DNA of 64,000 nt from Dehalococcoidia bacterium. Lineage in GTDB: Bacteria; Chloroflexota; Dehalococcoidia; UBA2979. The stretch spans positions 928,001 to 992,000 of the forward strand of contig CAXXDN010000001.1 in the NCBI GenBank assembly GCA_963667465.2, given 5' to 3'. Below the pieces are notes generated by a model. It searched no databases. It was not told where the DNA came from and saw only the letters and a list, made by a program, of their open reading frames with translations. This document shows, in pieces, positions 26,642-36,628 of the stretch. Each line of letters begins with the position of its first letter. The first letter of the stretch is position 1. The position numbers and the translations under genes were made by a program.

Positions 26642-28939
26642 ATGACGACAACCGAACGACCCCCGGTGAGCAGCGGCTATGCCGTCGTCGGCACGCGGCC
26701 GGTGCGCCACGACGGCTCGGAGAAGGTCACCGGCGAGGCCCGCTACGGAGCCGACATCCGGCTGCCCGGCATGCTCCACGGGAGAATCCTGAGGAGCCCG
26801 CACGCCCACGCGCGCATCAGGTCCATCGACACGAGCCGGGCGGAGGCGCTCCCCGGCGTGTTCGCCGTGATGACCTCGGCAGACGTCCCGATCATCGGCG
26901 ATCAGGCTCTCGACCTGGCGCTCGTTCGCGGAAACATGCGGTTGATGGCCGAGCACGTCATGGCCCACAGGACGGCCCTGTACAAGGGCCACGCGGTAGC
27001 GGCGGTTGCTGCGAATAGTCCCCACGTCGCCGAGGACGCCCTGGCGCTGATCGAGGTGGACTACGAGGTGCTCCCGGCGGTCCTTTCGCTGGCCGAGGCC
27101 ACGGCCGCCGGCGCGCCGATCATCCACGAGGACCTGACGACCTTCTTCAGGCTCGCGCGCTTCGCCCGGGGGGACGACACCGGGGTGCGCGGCAATGTCG
27201 CCTCCCACATCCAGCACAAGCTCGGCGATGTCGAGGAGGGCTTCCGGCAGGCCGATGTGGTCGTGGAGCGGGAGTTCTTCACGGAGACCGTCCACCAGGG
27301 CTACATCGAGCCGCACGCGGCCACGGCCACCTGGGCGCGTGACGGCCGCCTCACCGTCTATACCTGCACGCAGGGGGCCTTCCCGATCCGCGCGGCCACG
27401 GCCGCGATGTTGGACCTGCCCGAGTCGATGGTGAAGGTCGTGCCGACCGAGATCGGCGGTGGGTTCGGGGCCAAGCTCGTGGCGTACGTGGAGCCCGTCG
27501 CCGCGATCCTCTCCCGCAAGAGCGGCCGGCCCGTGCAGGTGGTGATGACCCGCAAGGACGTGTTCGAGGGCACCGGACCTGCCTCGGCGACCCAGGCGCG
27601 CACGAAGATCGGCGCGACCCGGGATGGCAGGATCACCGCCGCCCAGGTCACGCTGACCTTCGAGGCCGGCGCCTTCCCCGGCTCGGCCGTCGGCGGGGGC
27701 ACGCTCTGCGCCACCGGTCCCTACAACATCGAGAATCTCCTTGTCGACGGCTACGACGTGGTGGTCAACAAGAACAAGACGCAGGCCTACCGCGCGCCGG
27801 GACAGCCGCAGGGCGCCTTCGCCGTCGAACCCGTCATCGATGAGCTCGCGGAGCTGCTGGGCATCGACCCCCTCGAGTTCCGGCTCCTGAACGCCGCCAG
27901 ACAAGGCGACCGCATGCCCAACGGTGTTATGCACCTCCGCCTGGGCATCGAGGAGCTGGAAGCGGCGATGAAGGCCCACGACCACTACAACGCGCCGCTC
28001 GGCGGCCCCAACCGCGGGCGAGGCGTGGCCGTCGGCTTCCGCTGGCAGGGAGGTCAGAGCTCAGCGGCGACGATCCACGTGAACAGCGATGGCACGATCA
28101 ACCTCGTCACCGGCTCGGTGGACATCGGAGGCTCACGCACCGCCGTGGCGATGCAGGCCGCCGAGGTGCTGGGCCTGAGCGCCGAGGATGTGACGCCCAC
28201 GGTGGTCGACACCGACACGATCGCGCTCACCGGCGCCACCAGCGGCAGCCACACGGCCTTCGACACGGGCCTCGCGGCGATCGAGGCGGCGCAGGAAGTG
28301 ATCCGGCAACTGGGCACGCGGGCGGCGGCGATCTGGGAGGTCGACGAGCGAGACGTGACCTTCGAGGACGGCACGTTCAGCTGCGCCGGGAATCCGGCGC
28401 TGAAGTTGACGTTCAGGGAGCTGGCGGCCGAGTTGCCGGGCAGCGGCGGCCCGGTGACCTGCTCGGTCTCGGTCCCGACCACGGGCGTCGGCCCCGTCAT
28501 CGCGGGCAACATCGTGGACGTCGAGGTCGACCCTGCGACCGGCAAGGTGCAGATCCTGCGCTACAGCGCGTTCATGGACGTGGGCACGGCGGTGCATCCC
28601 AGCTACGTCGAGGGCCAGATCCAGGGCGGCACCGTGCAGGGTATCGGCTGGGCGCTGAACGAGGAGTATTGCTACGACGCCGAGGGGGCGATGCTGAACA
28701 GCAGCTTCCTCGACTACCGGATGCCGACCACGCTGGACATCCCGATGATCGATGCGGTCATGATCGAGGTGCCCAACCCCCAGCACCCGTTCGGCCTGCG
28801 CGGCGTCGGCGAAGCCTCGATCATCCCGCCGCTCGCCGCCGTCGCGAACGCGGTATCGAACGCCATCGGCGTGCGCATCAACCGGCTGCCGATCACCCCC
28901 GGCGCGGTCCTCGACGCGATTGAGTCGAAGGACGGCTAG
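26642..28939 (+). CDS. Xanthine dehydrogenase family molybdopterin-binding large subunit
   Basis: KVTGEARY, RSPHAHARI, HQGYIEPH, IGGGFGAK, AYRAPG, VEGQIQGGTVQGIG, RGVGE. Confidence 0.92.
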   Translation: MTTTERPPVSSGYAVVGTRPVRHDGSEKVTGEARYGADIRLPGMLHGRILRSPHAHARIRSIDTSRAEALPGVFAVMTSADVPIIGDQALDLALVRGNMRLMAEHVMAHRTALYKGHAVAAVAANSPHVAEDALALIEVDYEVLPAVLSLAEATAAGAPIIHEDLTTFFRLARFARGDDTGVRGNVASHIQHKLGDVEEGFRQADVVVEREFFTETVHQGYIEPHAATATWARDGRLTVYTCTQGAFPIRAATAAMLDLPESMVKVVPTEIGGGFGAKLVAYVEPVAAILSRKSGRPVQVVMTRKDVFEGTGPASATQARTKIGATRDGRITAAQVTLTFEAGAFPGSAVGGGTLCATGPYNIENLLVDGYDVVVNKNKTQAYRAPGQPQGAFAVEPVIDELAELLGIDPLEFRLLNAARQGDRMPNGVMHLRLGIEELEAAMKAHDHYNAPLGGPNRGRGVAVGFRWQGGQSSAATIHVNSDGTINLVTGSVDIGGSRTAVAMQAAEVLGLSAEDVTPTVVDTDTIALTGATSGSHTAFDTGLAAIEAAQEVIRQLGTRAAAIWEVDERDVTFEDGTFSCAGNPALKLTFRELAAELPGSGGPVTCSVSVPTTGVGPVIAGNIVDVEVDPATGKVQILRYSAFMDVGTAVHPSYVEGQIQGGTVQGIGWALNEEYCYDAEGAMLNSSFLDYRMPTTLDIPMIDAVMIEVPNPQHPFGLRGVGEASIIPPLAAVANAVSNAIGVRINRLPITPGAVLDAIESKDG

Positions 28940-28994
28940 CGCCGGACGCTCCCGCGCCCGGGGCGGTGCTGGCGACCCCCAGTCGGCACGTTCT

Positions 28995-29067
28995 TCCCCA
29001 GGAGAGGGGGCCGGACGGGAGCGAGCGCCCTCTCCCCCGTCCGCTCCCCAGGAGAGGCGGCCGGAGG
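28995..29067. repeat. REP-like pair between convergent genes
   Basis: TCCCCAGGAGAGG.GGCCGGA occurs twice; same family as the IS110 target REP. Confidence 0.7.
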
Positions 29068-29068
29068 G

Positions 29069-32000
29069 CTACTCGGTGGCGAGGACGCGGTAGAGGGAGG
29101 TGAGGCGGCGGGGGAGGGACTCGATGTCGGCGACGACCTCGTAGCCGACGTCGTCGCACATCTCCTTCAGGTAGTCGTGGCCCTCCTTGTCGACGGTGAT
29201 CAGGAAGGGCGTGATGCCCAGCTGCTTCGCCTCGACCAGCGACTGGTGCGTGTCGTGCACCGCGTACTCCTTCTCCGTGCGGTCGCGCCCGTACCCATGG
29301 TCCTGCGGGCGGCCGTCGGAGACGAGGATCAGGAGCTTCACCTTCGCGTCGTAGGCGTCGAGCTTGCTGATCGTGTGGCGGATCGCCGGGCCCATGCGCG
29401 TCGACCGGATCGGCTGGATCTTGTCGATGCGCCGCCGCGTGCGGTCGCCGAAGGTGTCCTGCAGGTCCTTGATGACGTGGAACTCGACGTTGTCGCGGCC
29501 GTAGCCGGAGAAGCCGTAGATGCCGTACGCGTCGCCGATCGCCTCGAGCGCCTCGACGATCAGCACCAGCGACTCGCGCTCGAGGTCGATGATGCGCTTC
29601 GGCGGCTCGGCGGTGAAGCGCGCGCGGCGCTCGGCGAGCCACTGGAAGTACTTGCGCGGGTCGTCGTCGAAGTCGTCGTCGCTAGGCTGGTAGCTGGTCT
29701 GCGGCTTGTCGATCTCCTCGTCGGTCGAGGCCGACATATCGAGCAGGAAGGCGACCGCGACATCGCGCTCGACCTTGTTGCGCCGCCAGTAGACGCGCCC
29801 GAGGGGTCCGACACCGGCGCGCTTATCGATGATGAAGGAGATCGCCTCGTCGAGGTCGACGTCCTCGCCGTCCTCGAGGCGCTTGATGCGGCGGAAGTGC
29901 TCCGGACGCAGCAGCTCGAACTGGCGCCGCGTCTCCGTGACGAGGCCGTGGTGGCGGCGCAGCGTCTCCTCGTAGTAGTCGAGCTCGCCCTCCTCGCCAC
30001 GGCGCTCGCCGACGCGGCACCAGCGAGGGCGGTAGTCGCCGGCGCGGAAGTCCCACTCGTCGTAGTAGGTCCACGAGATCTCGATCGGCAGCTCCTCCAT
30101 CACCTCGCCTTCGCCGGAGGAGTCGCCCGCGTCGGCGCCGTCCGGCACCTGGCCGGGCGGGCCCTGCCTGGCGTCCAGCGCCTCGCGCTCGAGGTTGGTG
30201 AGGAACATGCCCATCGAGGACGCGAGATCGCCCTCGGCGATGTCGGAGATCGTGATCTCGACGGACTTCTCGAGCAGCGCCTGCAGCTGCTCCTGGGTGA
30301 GCGGCGCGCCTGCCGGGTCGGCGCCGTCGCGCTGCTCCTGGAGGCGCATCATCAGCTGCACCAGCTCCGGCTTGAAGTCGCCGCGGAACTCGGGCTGCGG
30401 CGGCGTCTCGAAGTCGATCTCATCGCCGGATGGCATCTCCGCGCCGGGCCCGCCTGAGACGTCCGGGTTGACCTCGATCAGCTCGTCGCCGAGGGCTTCC
30501 CAGTCCACGGCTTCGTACGTGCCCTGGACGTTGGGGATGCGCTCGGCGATCGCGTAGATCGCCGCCGCCGCCTCGGCCGAGTCCTGCACGGTCGCGACGC
30601 GCTCGCCGACGGCCTCGAGGTGGCCGAGGCCCTCGCGCAGCAGCGGCATCAAGTCGGCGGGGTAGCGGATCGTTTGCGGCTGGCCAAGCGAGGCGCGCAG
30701 CAGGTTCTCGAGGTAGGCGGCGCGCAGGCCCAGCTCGGCCGGGCTGCGCCGGCTTTCCGCCTCGTGGGCCTGCATGCGCTGCAGGGCGGGGCGGATGCCG
30801 CCGTACTCGCGGGCGATGCAGGCGTCGACGCGCGCGTCCTCGACGATGGTGAACAGGCCGGAGATCAGGGTGCGGTCCGCGAACAGGTCGAAGTAGCGCT
30901 CCATCGGCGTGGTCGGGGCGGTCTCCGTCGCGCCGTTCCCGCCGTCCAGGTTGCCGTCGCCAGTGCCGTCGCCGGCGCCGTTGACGTGCGCGGCCTCGCG
31001 CTCGTCCATGGTCGACGCGAGGTAGGCGCCGGGTGCGCCGAAGATGAAGCGGAACGAGCCGAACTCGATGCGGCCGGTCTGGTGCGTGGTGAAGACCTTG
31101 TAGCTCGCGAAGTTCTCCGGCTGCTCCGGGAAGGTGCCGACGTAGGGCGGCAGGTAGATTGCGTTGCCCTCGGTGGTCGCGACCGACTCCTGGACCCAGC
31201 CGATGCCGGCGTCGACCAGCTCCTCGGTGGAGCGGATGGCGATCTGCTCGCCGGTCAGAGCCTTCGAGTAGAGGCGAAGCGTGTTGCTCACGTCGCGCAG
31301 CTCGACCCGGGCGGAGAGGTTGCCGAGCATCTCCTCGGCGCGCGCCGACTCGAGGCGGAAGTAGGCCTCGGCGCCCTCGACGTTGCCCTGCTCAAAGAGC
31401 AGTTCCCAGCCGGTCTGCAACCAGCGTTCGAGCTGGTCGCCGGTGAGCCGGGTGAGCACGTGCGGCGAGGAGCGCAGGAACGCCATCGCGGCGGCGGGGC
31501 TGCCCGTCGCGAGCCGCGAGGACAGCTCGAGCAGTGTGCCGTGGTAGGTGGGCTGCACCTCGGCGAGCGCCTCGGCGGCCTCGACGAAGAGCGGGTAGCC
31601 CTGGCGTCCGGTCTCGCCGGCCACATCGGCGGCGAGCCGGAGGAAGGCGCCGCGCTCGTCCTGCGCGATCGGAGCCAGCAGCCCGGGGCCGCGCTCGAAG
31701 TAGAGCCGCGTGTCCGCCCACGAGGCCTTCGCCACGGCGCCGGCGAACTCCAGGAAGGGCCGCCGGTCCGGCGGCGCCAGCCCGGCGAACAGCTCGCCCG
31801 AGCGCTCCAGGCAGGAGGCCGCGAGCTGGTACGAGCGCTCCGAGAGGCGATCGACGATCTCGACCAGGTCGCGGACGGCGTCGAGGGGCAGGGAGTGCAG
31901 CAGGGCCGGGCTCTGCTCGAAGAAGGAGGCGGCGAGCGCGACCGACTTCCAGTTGCCTCGGGCGAGGCGCCGTCCGAGGGCGGACCAGGGCCGGATCTGC

Positions 32001-32401
32001 TCGCCGGGGCGGCCGATCCACTCGCCCATGATGCCGAGATCCTTGTCGTCGGCGCCTTGCAGCGGTTGCAGCACCTCCGGCGTCGCGCGCAGGAAGGCGG
32101 CCGCGATCATCGAGGACTGTTCGGACAGCTCGCGCGCGACGGCGGCCCAGTCCAGCAGTTCCTCGAAGGAGAAGGCGGGCAGCAGCCGGGGGCTGGCGCG
32201 GAAGTACTCGGCCGCCGCCTCCCACGAGCGCAGCGAGTGGCGCGAGAGTGCGACGCCGGCATTGGCCCACTCGCCGAGCTCCTCCTCGCTGAGCCGCCCC
32301 TCGAGGGCGCGCGCGCCGTTCGCGAGGTCGTCGGCCAGGGTGGGGCCGTAGCCGCGCAGCTCGGCGTCGTAGCGAGCGGAGACGTCCGCGGCGGCGCTCA
32401 T
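29069..32401 (-). CDS. NorD/CbbO-like VWA-domain protein with long helical N-terminal region (~1110 aa)
   Basis: YDEWDFRAGDYRPRWC, EDGEDVDLD, LLDMSAST (MIDAS), TRMGPAIRH, SDGRPQD; start ATG 32401 overlaps the upstream stop. Confidence 0.88.
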   Translation of the reverse strand: MSAAADVSARYDAELRGYGPTLADDLANGARALEGRLSEEELGEWANAGVALSRHSLRSWEAAAEYFRASPRLLPAFSFEELLDWAAVARELSEQSSMIAAAFLRATPEVLQPLQGADDKDLGIMGEWIGRPGEQIRPWSALGRRLARGNWKSVALAASFFEQSPALLHSLPLDAVRDLVEIVDRLSERSYQLAASCLERSGELFAGLAPPDRRPFLEFAGAVAKASWADTRLYFERGPGLLAPIAQDERGAFLRLAADVAGETGRQGYPLFVEAAEALAEVQPTYHGTLLELSSRLATGSPAAAMAFLRSSPHVLTRLTGDQLERWLQTGWELLFEQGNVEGAEAYFRLESARAEEMLGNLSARVELRDVSNTLRLYSKALTGEQIAIRSTEELVDAGIGWVQESVATTEGNAIYLPPYVGTFPEQPENFASYKVFTTHQTGRIEFGSFRFIFGAPGAYLASTMDEREAAHVNGAGDGTGDGNLDGGNGATETAPTTPMERYFDLFADRTLISGLFTIVEDARVDACIAREYGGIRPALQRMQAHEAESRRSPAELGLRAAYLENLLRASLGQPQTIRYPADLMPLLREGLGHLEAVGERVATVQDSAEAAAAIYAIAERIPNVQGTYEAVDWEALGDELIEVNPDVSGGPGAEMPSGDEIDFETPPQPEFRGDFKPELVQLMMRLQEQRDGADPAGAPLTQEQLQALLEKSVEITISDIAEGDLASSMGMFLTNLEREALDARQGPPGQVPDGADAGDSSGEGEVMEELPIEISWTYYDEWDFRAGDYRPRWCRVGERRGEEGELDYYEETLRRHHGLVTETRRQFELLRPEHFRRIKRLEDGEDVDLDEAISFIIDKRAGVGPLGRVYWRRNKVERDVAVAFLLDMSASTDEEIDKPQTSYQPSDDDFDDDPRKYFQWLAERRARFTAEPPKRIIDLERESLVLIVEALEAIGDAYGIYGFSGYGRDNVEFHVIKDLQDTFGDRTRRRIDKIQPIRSTRMGPAIRHTISKLDAYDAKVKLLILVSDGRPQDHGYGRDRTEKEYAVHDTHQSLVEAKQLGITPFLITVDKEGHDYLKEMCDDVGYEVVADIESLPRRLTSLYRVLATE

Positions 32402-33000
32402 GTGGATCTGATGCCCGGCCGCAGCGGGTCGTCGAAGATGTCGAAGGTGACCTCGCCGCTCTGCGTGTCGAGGATCGCGTAGGAGACGCGGAAGCCGTTG
32501 GAGGGGTTGCGCGGCTGCCCTGTGGAGCCGGGGTTGATCACCAGCGTGCTGTTCACGCGGTGCAGCAACTCGTAGTGGGTGTGGCCGTAGACGACGTAGT
32601 CCGCGCCCAACTCGCCAAACTCCTTGATGCGCGGGCTGTCGGCGTAGATGTACTCGTAGGGCGGCTCGTCCGGGCAGCCGTGGAACATCGCGAACTTCTT
32701 GCCGCCGATCACGGTGTCGATGCGCCGCGGCTGCTCGGAGAGCCACTTCAGCAGCTCCGGGTCGGTGGTGTGGTGCGCGCGCACGCGGTCGCCGAGCGGG
32801 CCGAGCACGACGTCCTCGTGGTTGCCGAGGACCATGCGTGCGCCTACCTCGCGGAGGCGGCTGATCACATCGTTGGAGAAGCGGAACTGGAAGATCGCGT
32901 CACCCGCGCAGAGCAGCTCGTCGACGTTGCCCATGCGCTCGATGGCGATGTCCAGCGCCTCAACGTTGCAATGGATGTCCGAGACGATCCCGAGGCGCAC
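32398..33000 (-). CDS. Calcineurin-like metallophosphoesterase
   Basis: SDIH, AGD, LGNHE, FHG, GHTH, NPGSTGQPR. Confidence 0.9.
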   Translation of the reverse strand: MRLGIVSDIHCNVEALDIAIERMGNVDELLCAGDAIFQFRFSNDVISRLREVGARMVLGNHEDVVLGPLGDRVRAHHTTDPELLKWLSEQPRRIDTVIGGKKFAMFHGCPDEPPYEYIYADSPRIKEFGELGADYVVYGHTHYELLHRVNSTLVINPGSTGQPRNPSNGFRVSYAILDTQSGEVTFDIFDDPLRPGIRST

Positions 33001-33011
33001 CGGCTGCTTCC

Positions 33012-33887
33012 CTACTCCGGGAAGATCGAGGTCACGACCTCTTCGATGGAGCGCTGGACCTCGAATTCGTCGGTGAGCCCCCAGACGACCGCCGTCTGGC
33101 AGGCGCGCCGGGGCGCGATGCCGCGGCTGACCAGCCGGCCGGCGTAGACGAGCAGGCGGGTCGAGACGCCCTCGGCGAGGCCGTGTTCCTTGAGGTTGCG
33201 GACCTTCTCGCCGAGCTTGGCGAGTTCCATGGCGTCCTCGGCGCTGCAGTTCGACTCGCGGCGGATGATCTCCGCCTCCTGGTCGCGCGGCGGGTAGTTG
33301 AACTCGATCGCGACGAAGCGCTGCCGCGTGGAGTGCTTGAGGTCCTTGAGGGCGGACTGGTAGCCGGGGTTGTAGGAGAGCACCAGCAGGAAGCCCGCGG
33401 CCGCCTCCAGGAGCTCGCCGCGCTTGTCGAGCGGCAGCAGCCGCCGGTAGTCGGTGAGCGGGTGGATGAGGACGGTCGTGTCCTTCCGCGCCTCGACGAT
33501 CTCGTCGAGGTAGCAGATCGCTCCGGCCTTCACGGCGCGCGTGATCGGCCCGTCGATCCAGACCGTCTCGTCACCCTCCAGGAGGTAGCGTCCGACGAGG
33601 TCGGAGGCGCTGAGGTCCTCGTGACAGGCGACGGTGATCAGCGGGACACCCTGCGTCTCGTCGCCGAGGTGCTGGTGCAGCCGCCACGACATGTACTCGA
33701 CGAAGCGCGTCTTGCCGCAGCCGGTCGGGCCCTTGAGCAGGACCGGGATCTGCTCCTCATAGGCGATCTCGAAGAGGTCGACCTCGTCGGCGACGGGCAG
33801 GTAGAAGGGCTCTTCGGTGAGCCGGAACTCCTGGACCTCGATCTGCTTGTAGTCGGAGTCGGTGGTGCGGGCCTCGCTTGTGGTCAC
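33012..33887 (-). CDS. CbbQ/NirQ/NorQ family AAA+ ATPase
   Basis: GPTGCGKT Walker [24 protein letters not shown] Walker B, YNPGYQ, STRLL. Confidence 0.93.
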   Translation of the reverse strand: MTTSEARTTDSDYKQIEVQEFRLTEEPFYLPVADEVDLFEIAYEEQIPVLLKGPTGCGKTRFVEYMSWRLHQHLGDETQGVPLITVACHEDLSASDLVGRYLLEGDETVWIDGPITRAVKAGAICYLDEIVEARKDTTVLIHPLTDYRRLLPLDKRGELLEAAAGFLLVLSYNPGYQSALKDLKHSTRQRFVAIEFNYPPRDQEAEIIRRESNCSAEDAMELAKLGEKVRNLKEHGLAEGVSTRLLVYAGRLVSRGIAPRRACQTAVVWGLTDEFEVQRSIEEVVTSIFPE

Positions 33888-33891
33888 CGGG

Positions 33892-34572
33892 CTATCCGCC
33901 CTCGGCGGCAGCGGCGGCGGCTGCTTCGGCCTCGCGGCGGGCCTGGGCGCGGGCGCGCCCTTCCGCCTGCTTGATGCGGCGGTGGAGGCGCAGCCACTCG
34001 TGATCGATCTGGTCGCGGAACTGCTTCTGGGTTCCGGAGTTGTCGATGTAGACCTTGGCGTGCCTGCGCCGCTCCCGGTTGGTGAGCTGCGAGTCGAGGC
34101 GCGCCTGGGCCTGCTCTGCGTTGAGGCCGTTACGATCCTTGAGGCGCTTGATTGCCGTCGCGGGCTCGGTGGCGATGACCCAGACCTCGTCGCAGAGATC
34201 CTGCCACTCGGCCTCGATCATCACGGCTGCCTCGAGGCAGATGACCGTCTCCGGGTCGCGATCGCGCAGCTCGGCGATCTCCTCGGCGGCAATGCGCCGG
34301 ATCTCCGGCCAGACGATGTCCGTGAGGCGGTCCATCTTCTCCGGATCGCCGAAGACCTTGCCGCCGAGGATGCGGCGGTCGATCTCACCGTCCTCGCCGA
34401 CGATGTCATGGCCGAACTCGTTGACCACGGCGTGGAAGCCCGGCGAGTCCGGCTCGTAGACGCGGTGCCCGTAGCGGTCGGCGTCCAGCACGATTACGCC
34501 CAACTCCTTGAGTTGGGCAGCCGCAGTTGATTTGCCGGAGGCGATCCCTCCGGTCAGTCCGAGAACGCGCAT
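33892..34572 (-). CDS. coaE: Dephospho-CoA kinase
   Basis: [26 protein letters not shown]. Confidence 0.93.
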   Translation of the reverse strand: MRVLGLTGGIASGKSTAAAQLKELGVIVLDADRYGHRVYEPDSPGFHAVVNEFGHDIVGEDGEIDRRILGGKVFGDPEKMDRLTDIVWPEIRRIAAEEIAELRDRDPETVICLEAAVMIEAEWQDLCDEVWVIATEPATAIKRLKDRNGLNAEQAQARLDSQLTNRERRRHAKVYIDNSGTQKQFRDQIDHEWLRLHRRIKQAEGRARAQARREAEAAAAAAAEGG

Positions 34573-34632
34573 GGATCCTCCAAAAACGCGTATCGCCCGC
34601 GGGCTGTGGCGCTGGAATCTGGTTGTCGGGCG

Positions 34633-34661
34633 ATTGTAGGTACCGTCCAGAGGGGGCGCAA
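34633..34661 (-). promoter_or_regulatory. Putative sigma70 promoter upstream of coaE-cbbQ-MPE-cbbO
   Basis: Minus strand TTGCGC-N17-TACAAT, overlapping a GGGGCG/CGCCCC hairpin after etfA. Confidence 0.6.
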
Positions 34662-34687
34662 GAAACGCCCCTGACGCCGCTCGCCCG

Positions 34688-35665
34688 CTACTCCAGGTTC
34701 TTGACGGCCTCGATCAGCGGCGGCAGCACTTCCTTGTAGTCGCCCACGATGCCGTAACGGGCGGCCTTGAAGATGTTGGCCTCCGGGTCCTTGTTGATCG
34801 CGATGATCGTCTTCGACCCGCTGCAGCCGGCCATGTGCTGGCTGGCCCCGGAGATCGCGATCGCGATGTACAGATCGGGTGTCACCACTTTGCCCGTCAG
34901 CCCCACCTGCTGGCTCGGCGGGTACCAGCCGAGGTCGCACGCGGCGCGCGAGGAGCCGACGGCCGCCTTGTCCGTGCCGATCGCCTCGGCCAGCTGCTCG
35001 ACCATTTCAAAGCCCTCGGGAGCGCCGAGCCCGCGTCCGCCGGAGACGACGATGGGGGCGTCCTGCAGCTGCAGGCCCTCGGCGACCGCCGCCTCGCGGC
35101 CGACGATCTCGGCGCGGCTCTCGCCTGCGCCGGACAGCTCGACCACCTCGCCGCCCGCGCCATCGCGCGGCGGGTCGAGCGGCTCCTGCGACTTCGCGCG
35201 CACGGTCGCGATCGCCGGCGAAGTCGCGAAGGCGTATGTCGCCTGGGCGTTGCCGCCGTAGCAGGGGCGTGTCGCCTTGAAGGCTCCGCCGCTGTCCTCG
35301 ATGCTCACGCAGTCCATCGCCACGGCGGTGTCGCGGCGGAACGCGAGCCGCGGCCCGAGGTCGCGGCCGACGATCGACTGGGCGATCAGGATCACGTCCG
35401 GGGCGGACTGGTCGATCGCCTCCTCGGCGGCGGCGACCCACTGGTCGGAGCGGAAGTCGTCGTAAGTCGTGTCATCGTTGACGAAGGCGCGGTCGGCGCC
35501 GGCGGCGAAGGCCGCGTCCGTCTGCCCGCTCGCGCCGGCGCCGGTGAGGGTCACGGAGACCTGCCCGCCGTCCGCAAGGCGACTGGCGCCGCCCACCAGC
35601 TCGGCAGTGGTGCTGGACAGCGCGCCGCCGTCGAGTTCGCCGATCACGAGGATGTTTCTGGCCAT
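34688..35665 (-). CDS. etfA: Electron transfer flavoprotein alpha subunit
   Basis: VVSGGRGL, SRAACD, QVGLTGK, ISGASQH, AINKDPEANIF. Confidence 0.95.
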   Translation of the reverse strand: MARNILVIGELDGGALSSTTAELVGGASRLADGGQVSVTLTGAGASGQTDAAFAAGADRAFVNDDTTYDDFRSDQWVAAAEEAIDQSAPDVILIAQSIVGRDLGPRLAFRRDTAVAMDCVSIEDSGGAFKATRPCYGGNAQATYAFATSPAIATVRAKSQEPLDPPRDGAGGEVVELSGAGESRAEIVGREAAVAEGLQLQDAPIVVSGGRGLGAPEGFEMVEQLAEAIGTDKAAVGSSRAACDLGWYPPSQQVGLTGKVVTPDLYIAIAISGASQHMAGCSGSKTIIAINKDPEANIFKAARYGIVGDYKEVLPPLIEAVKNLE

Positions 35666-35751
35666 CGTTGCTTGCCTCCCGCCCGGTCCGCGCAGGCCCT
35701 CGAGGGGCCCCGGGACCGGCTATGCAGCTCTCAGGGACCGCCCGCGGCGGC

Positions 35752-36555
35752 CTACAGGACCTTCGCTTCGCGGAGCGTCGTGGCGAGGTTCTGCGCCTGC
35801 TCTTCGGCGCTCTCGCCCTCCATGATCTCGACGTCGCCGCCAAGCTCGGGGATGAACAGCCGCTCCAGCTTGAGCCGCGCGCCTGCGTCGCCCACGGTCG
35901 CAGGGTCGAGCCCCAGCTCCTCGGCGCTCCAGCGGTTCACGGTCTTGCGTGCCGCGCGCATGATCTGCTGCAGCTTCGGGTAGCGCGGGTCGCCGATCTC
36001 GTTGGAGATGGTGACCACCGCCGGCAGCGGCAGCGCGACCGTCTCGAAGCCGTCCGCGAGCACGCGCTGGACGTGCAGCTTGCCGTCCTCGATCTGCACG
36101 TCCTTGGCGATGATCGCCGAGGGCCAGCCGAGCAGCTCGGCCAGGCCGAGGCCGACCTGCCCCATGTCCCAGTCGGCGGCCTGGCGCCCGCAGAACACGG
36201 CGTCCACGTCGCCGAGCTTCTCGATCGCCGCCGCGAGGGTGCGCGCGGTGGTGTAGGAGTCGCCGCCCTGGAGGGCGTCGTCCTCCAGCAGGATGCCCTC
36301 GTCGGCGCCCATGGCGAGCACCTGCTTGATGGCGGCCTGCGCGCTCTCCTGGCCGAGCGAGATGACGGTGATCTTGCCCTCGCCGGCCGCCTCGACGATG
36401 CGCAAGGCTGCCTCGGCGGCCATGCCGTCGAACTGGCTGAGCACCGGCGAGATGCCCGGCGCCGGGATCACCTCGTTGTTCGCCTCGTCGATGCGGAACG
36501 CCGACGGCGGCGTCTCCGGGTCCGGAATCTGCTTGGCGCAGACGACGAAATGCAT
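35752..36555 (-). CDS. etfB: Electron transfer flavoprotein beta subunit
   Basis: VCAKQIPD, LAMGAD, GRQAADWDMGQVG, PRYP. Confidence 0.95.
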   Translation of the reverse strand: MHFVVCAKQIPDPETPPSAFRIDEANNEVIPAPGISPVLSQFDGMAAEAALRIVEAAGEGKITVISLGQESAQAAIKQVLAMGADEGILLEDDALQGGDSYTTARTLAAAIEKLGDVDAVFCGRQAADWDMGQVGLGLAELLGWPSAIIAKDVQIEDGKLHVQRVLADGFETVALPLPAVVTISNEIGDPRYPKLQQIMRAARKTVNRWSAEELGLDPATVGDAGARLKLERLFIPELGGDVEIMEGESAEEQAQNLATTLREAKVL

Positions 36556-36628
36556 GGTTACCCCCTCAACAGCGAGCCGGCCAACGGTCGGCCGAGCCCG
36601 CGCCGATCTTCAGACTACTACGCCCCGA

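Noticed and set aside
26642-33887. Aerobic CO dehydrogenase cluster (coxL with coxD/coxE)
   Set aside because: No AYxCSFR motif, no coxM/coxS, the genes are convergent, and the ATPase is CbbQ/NorQ-type.
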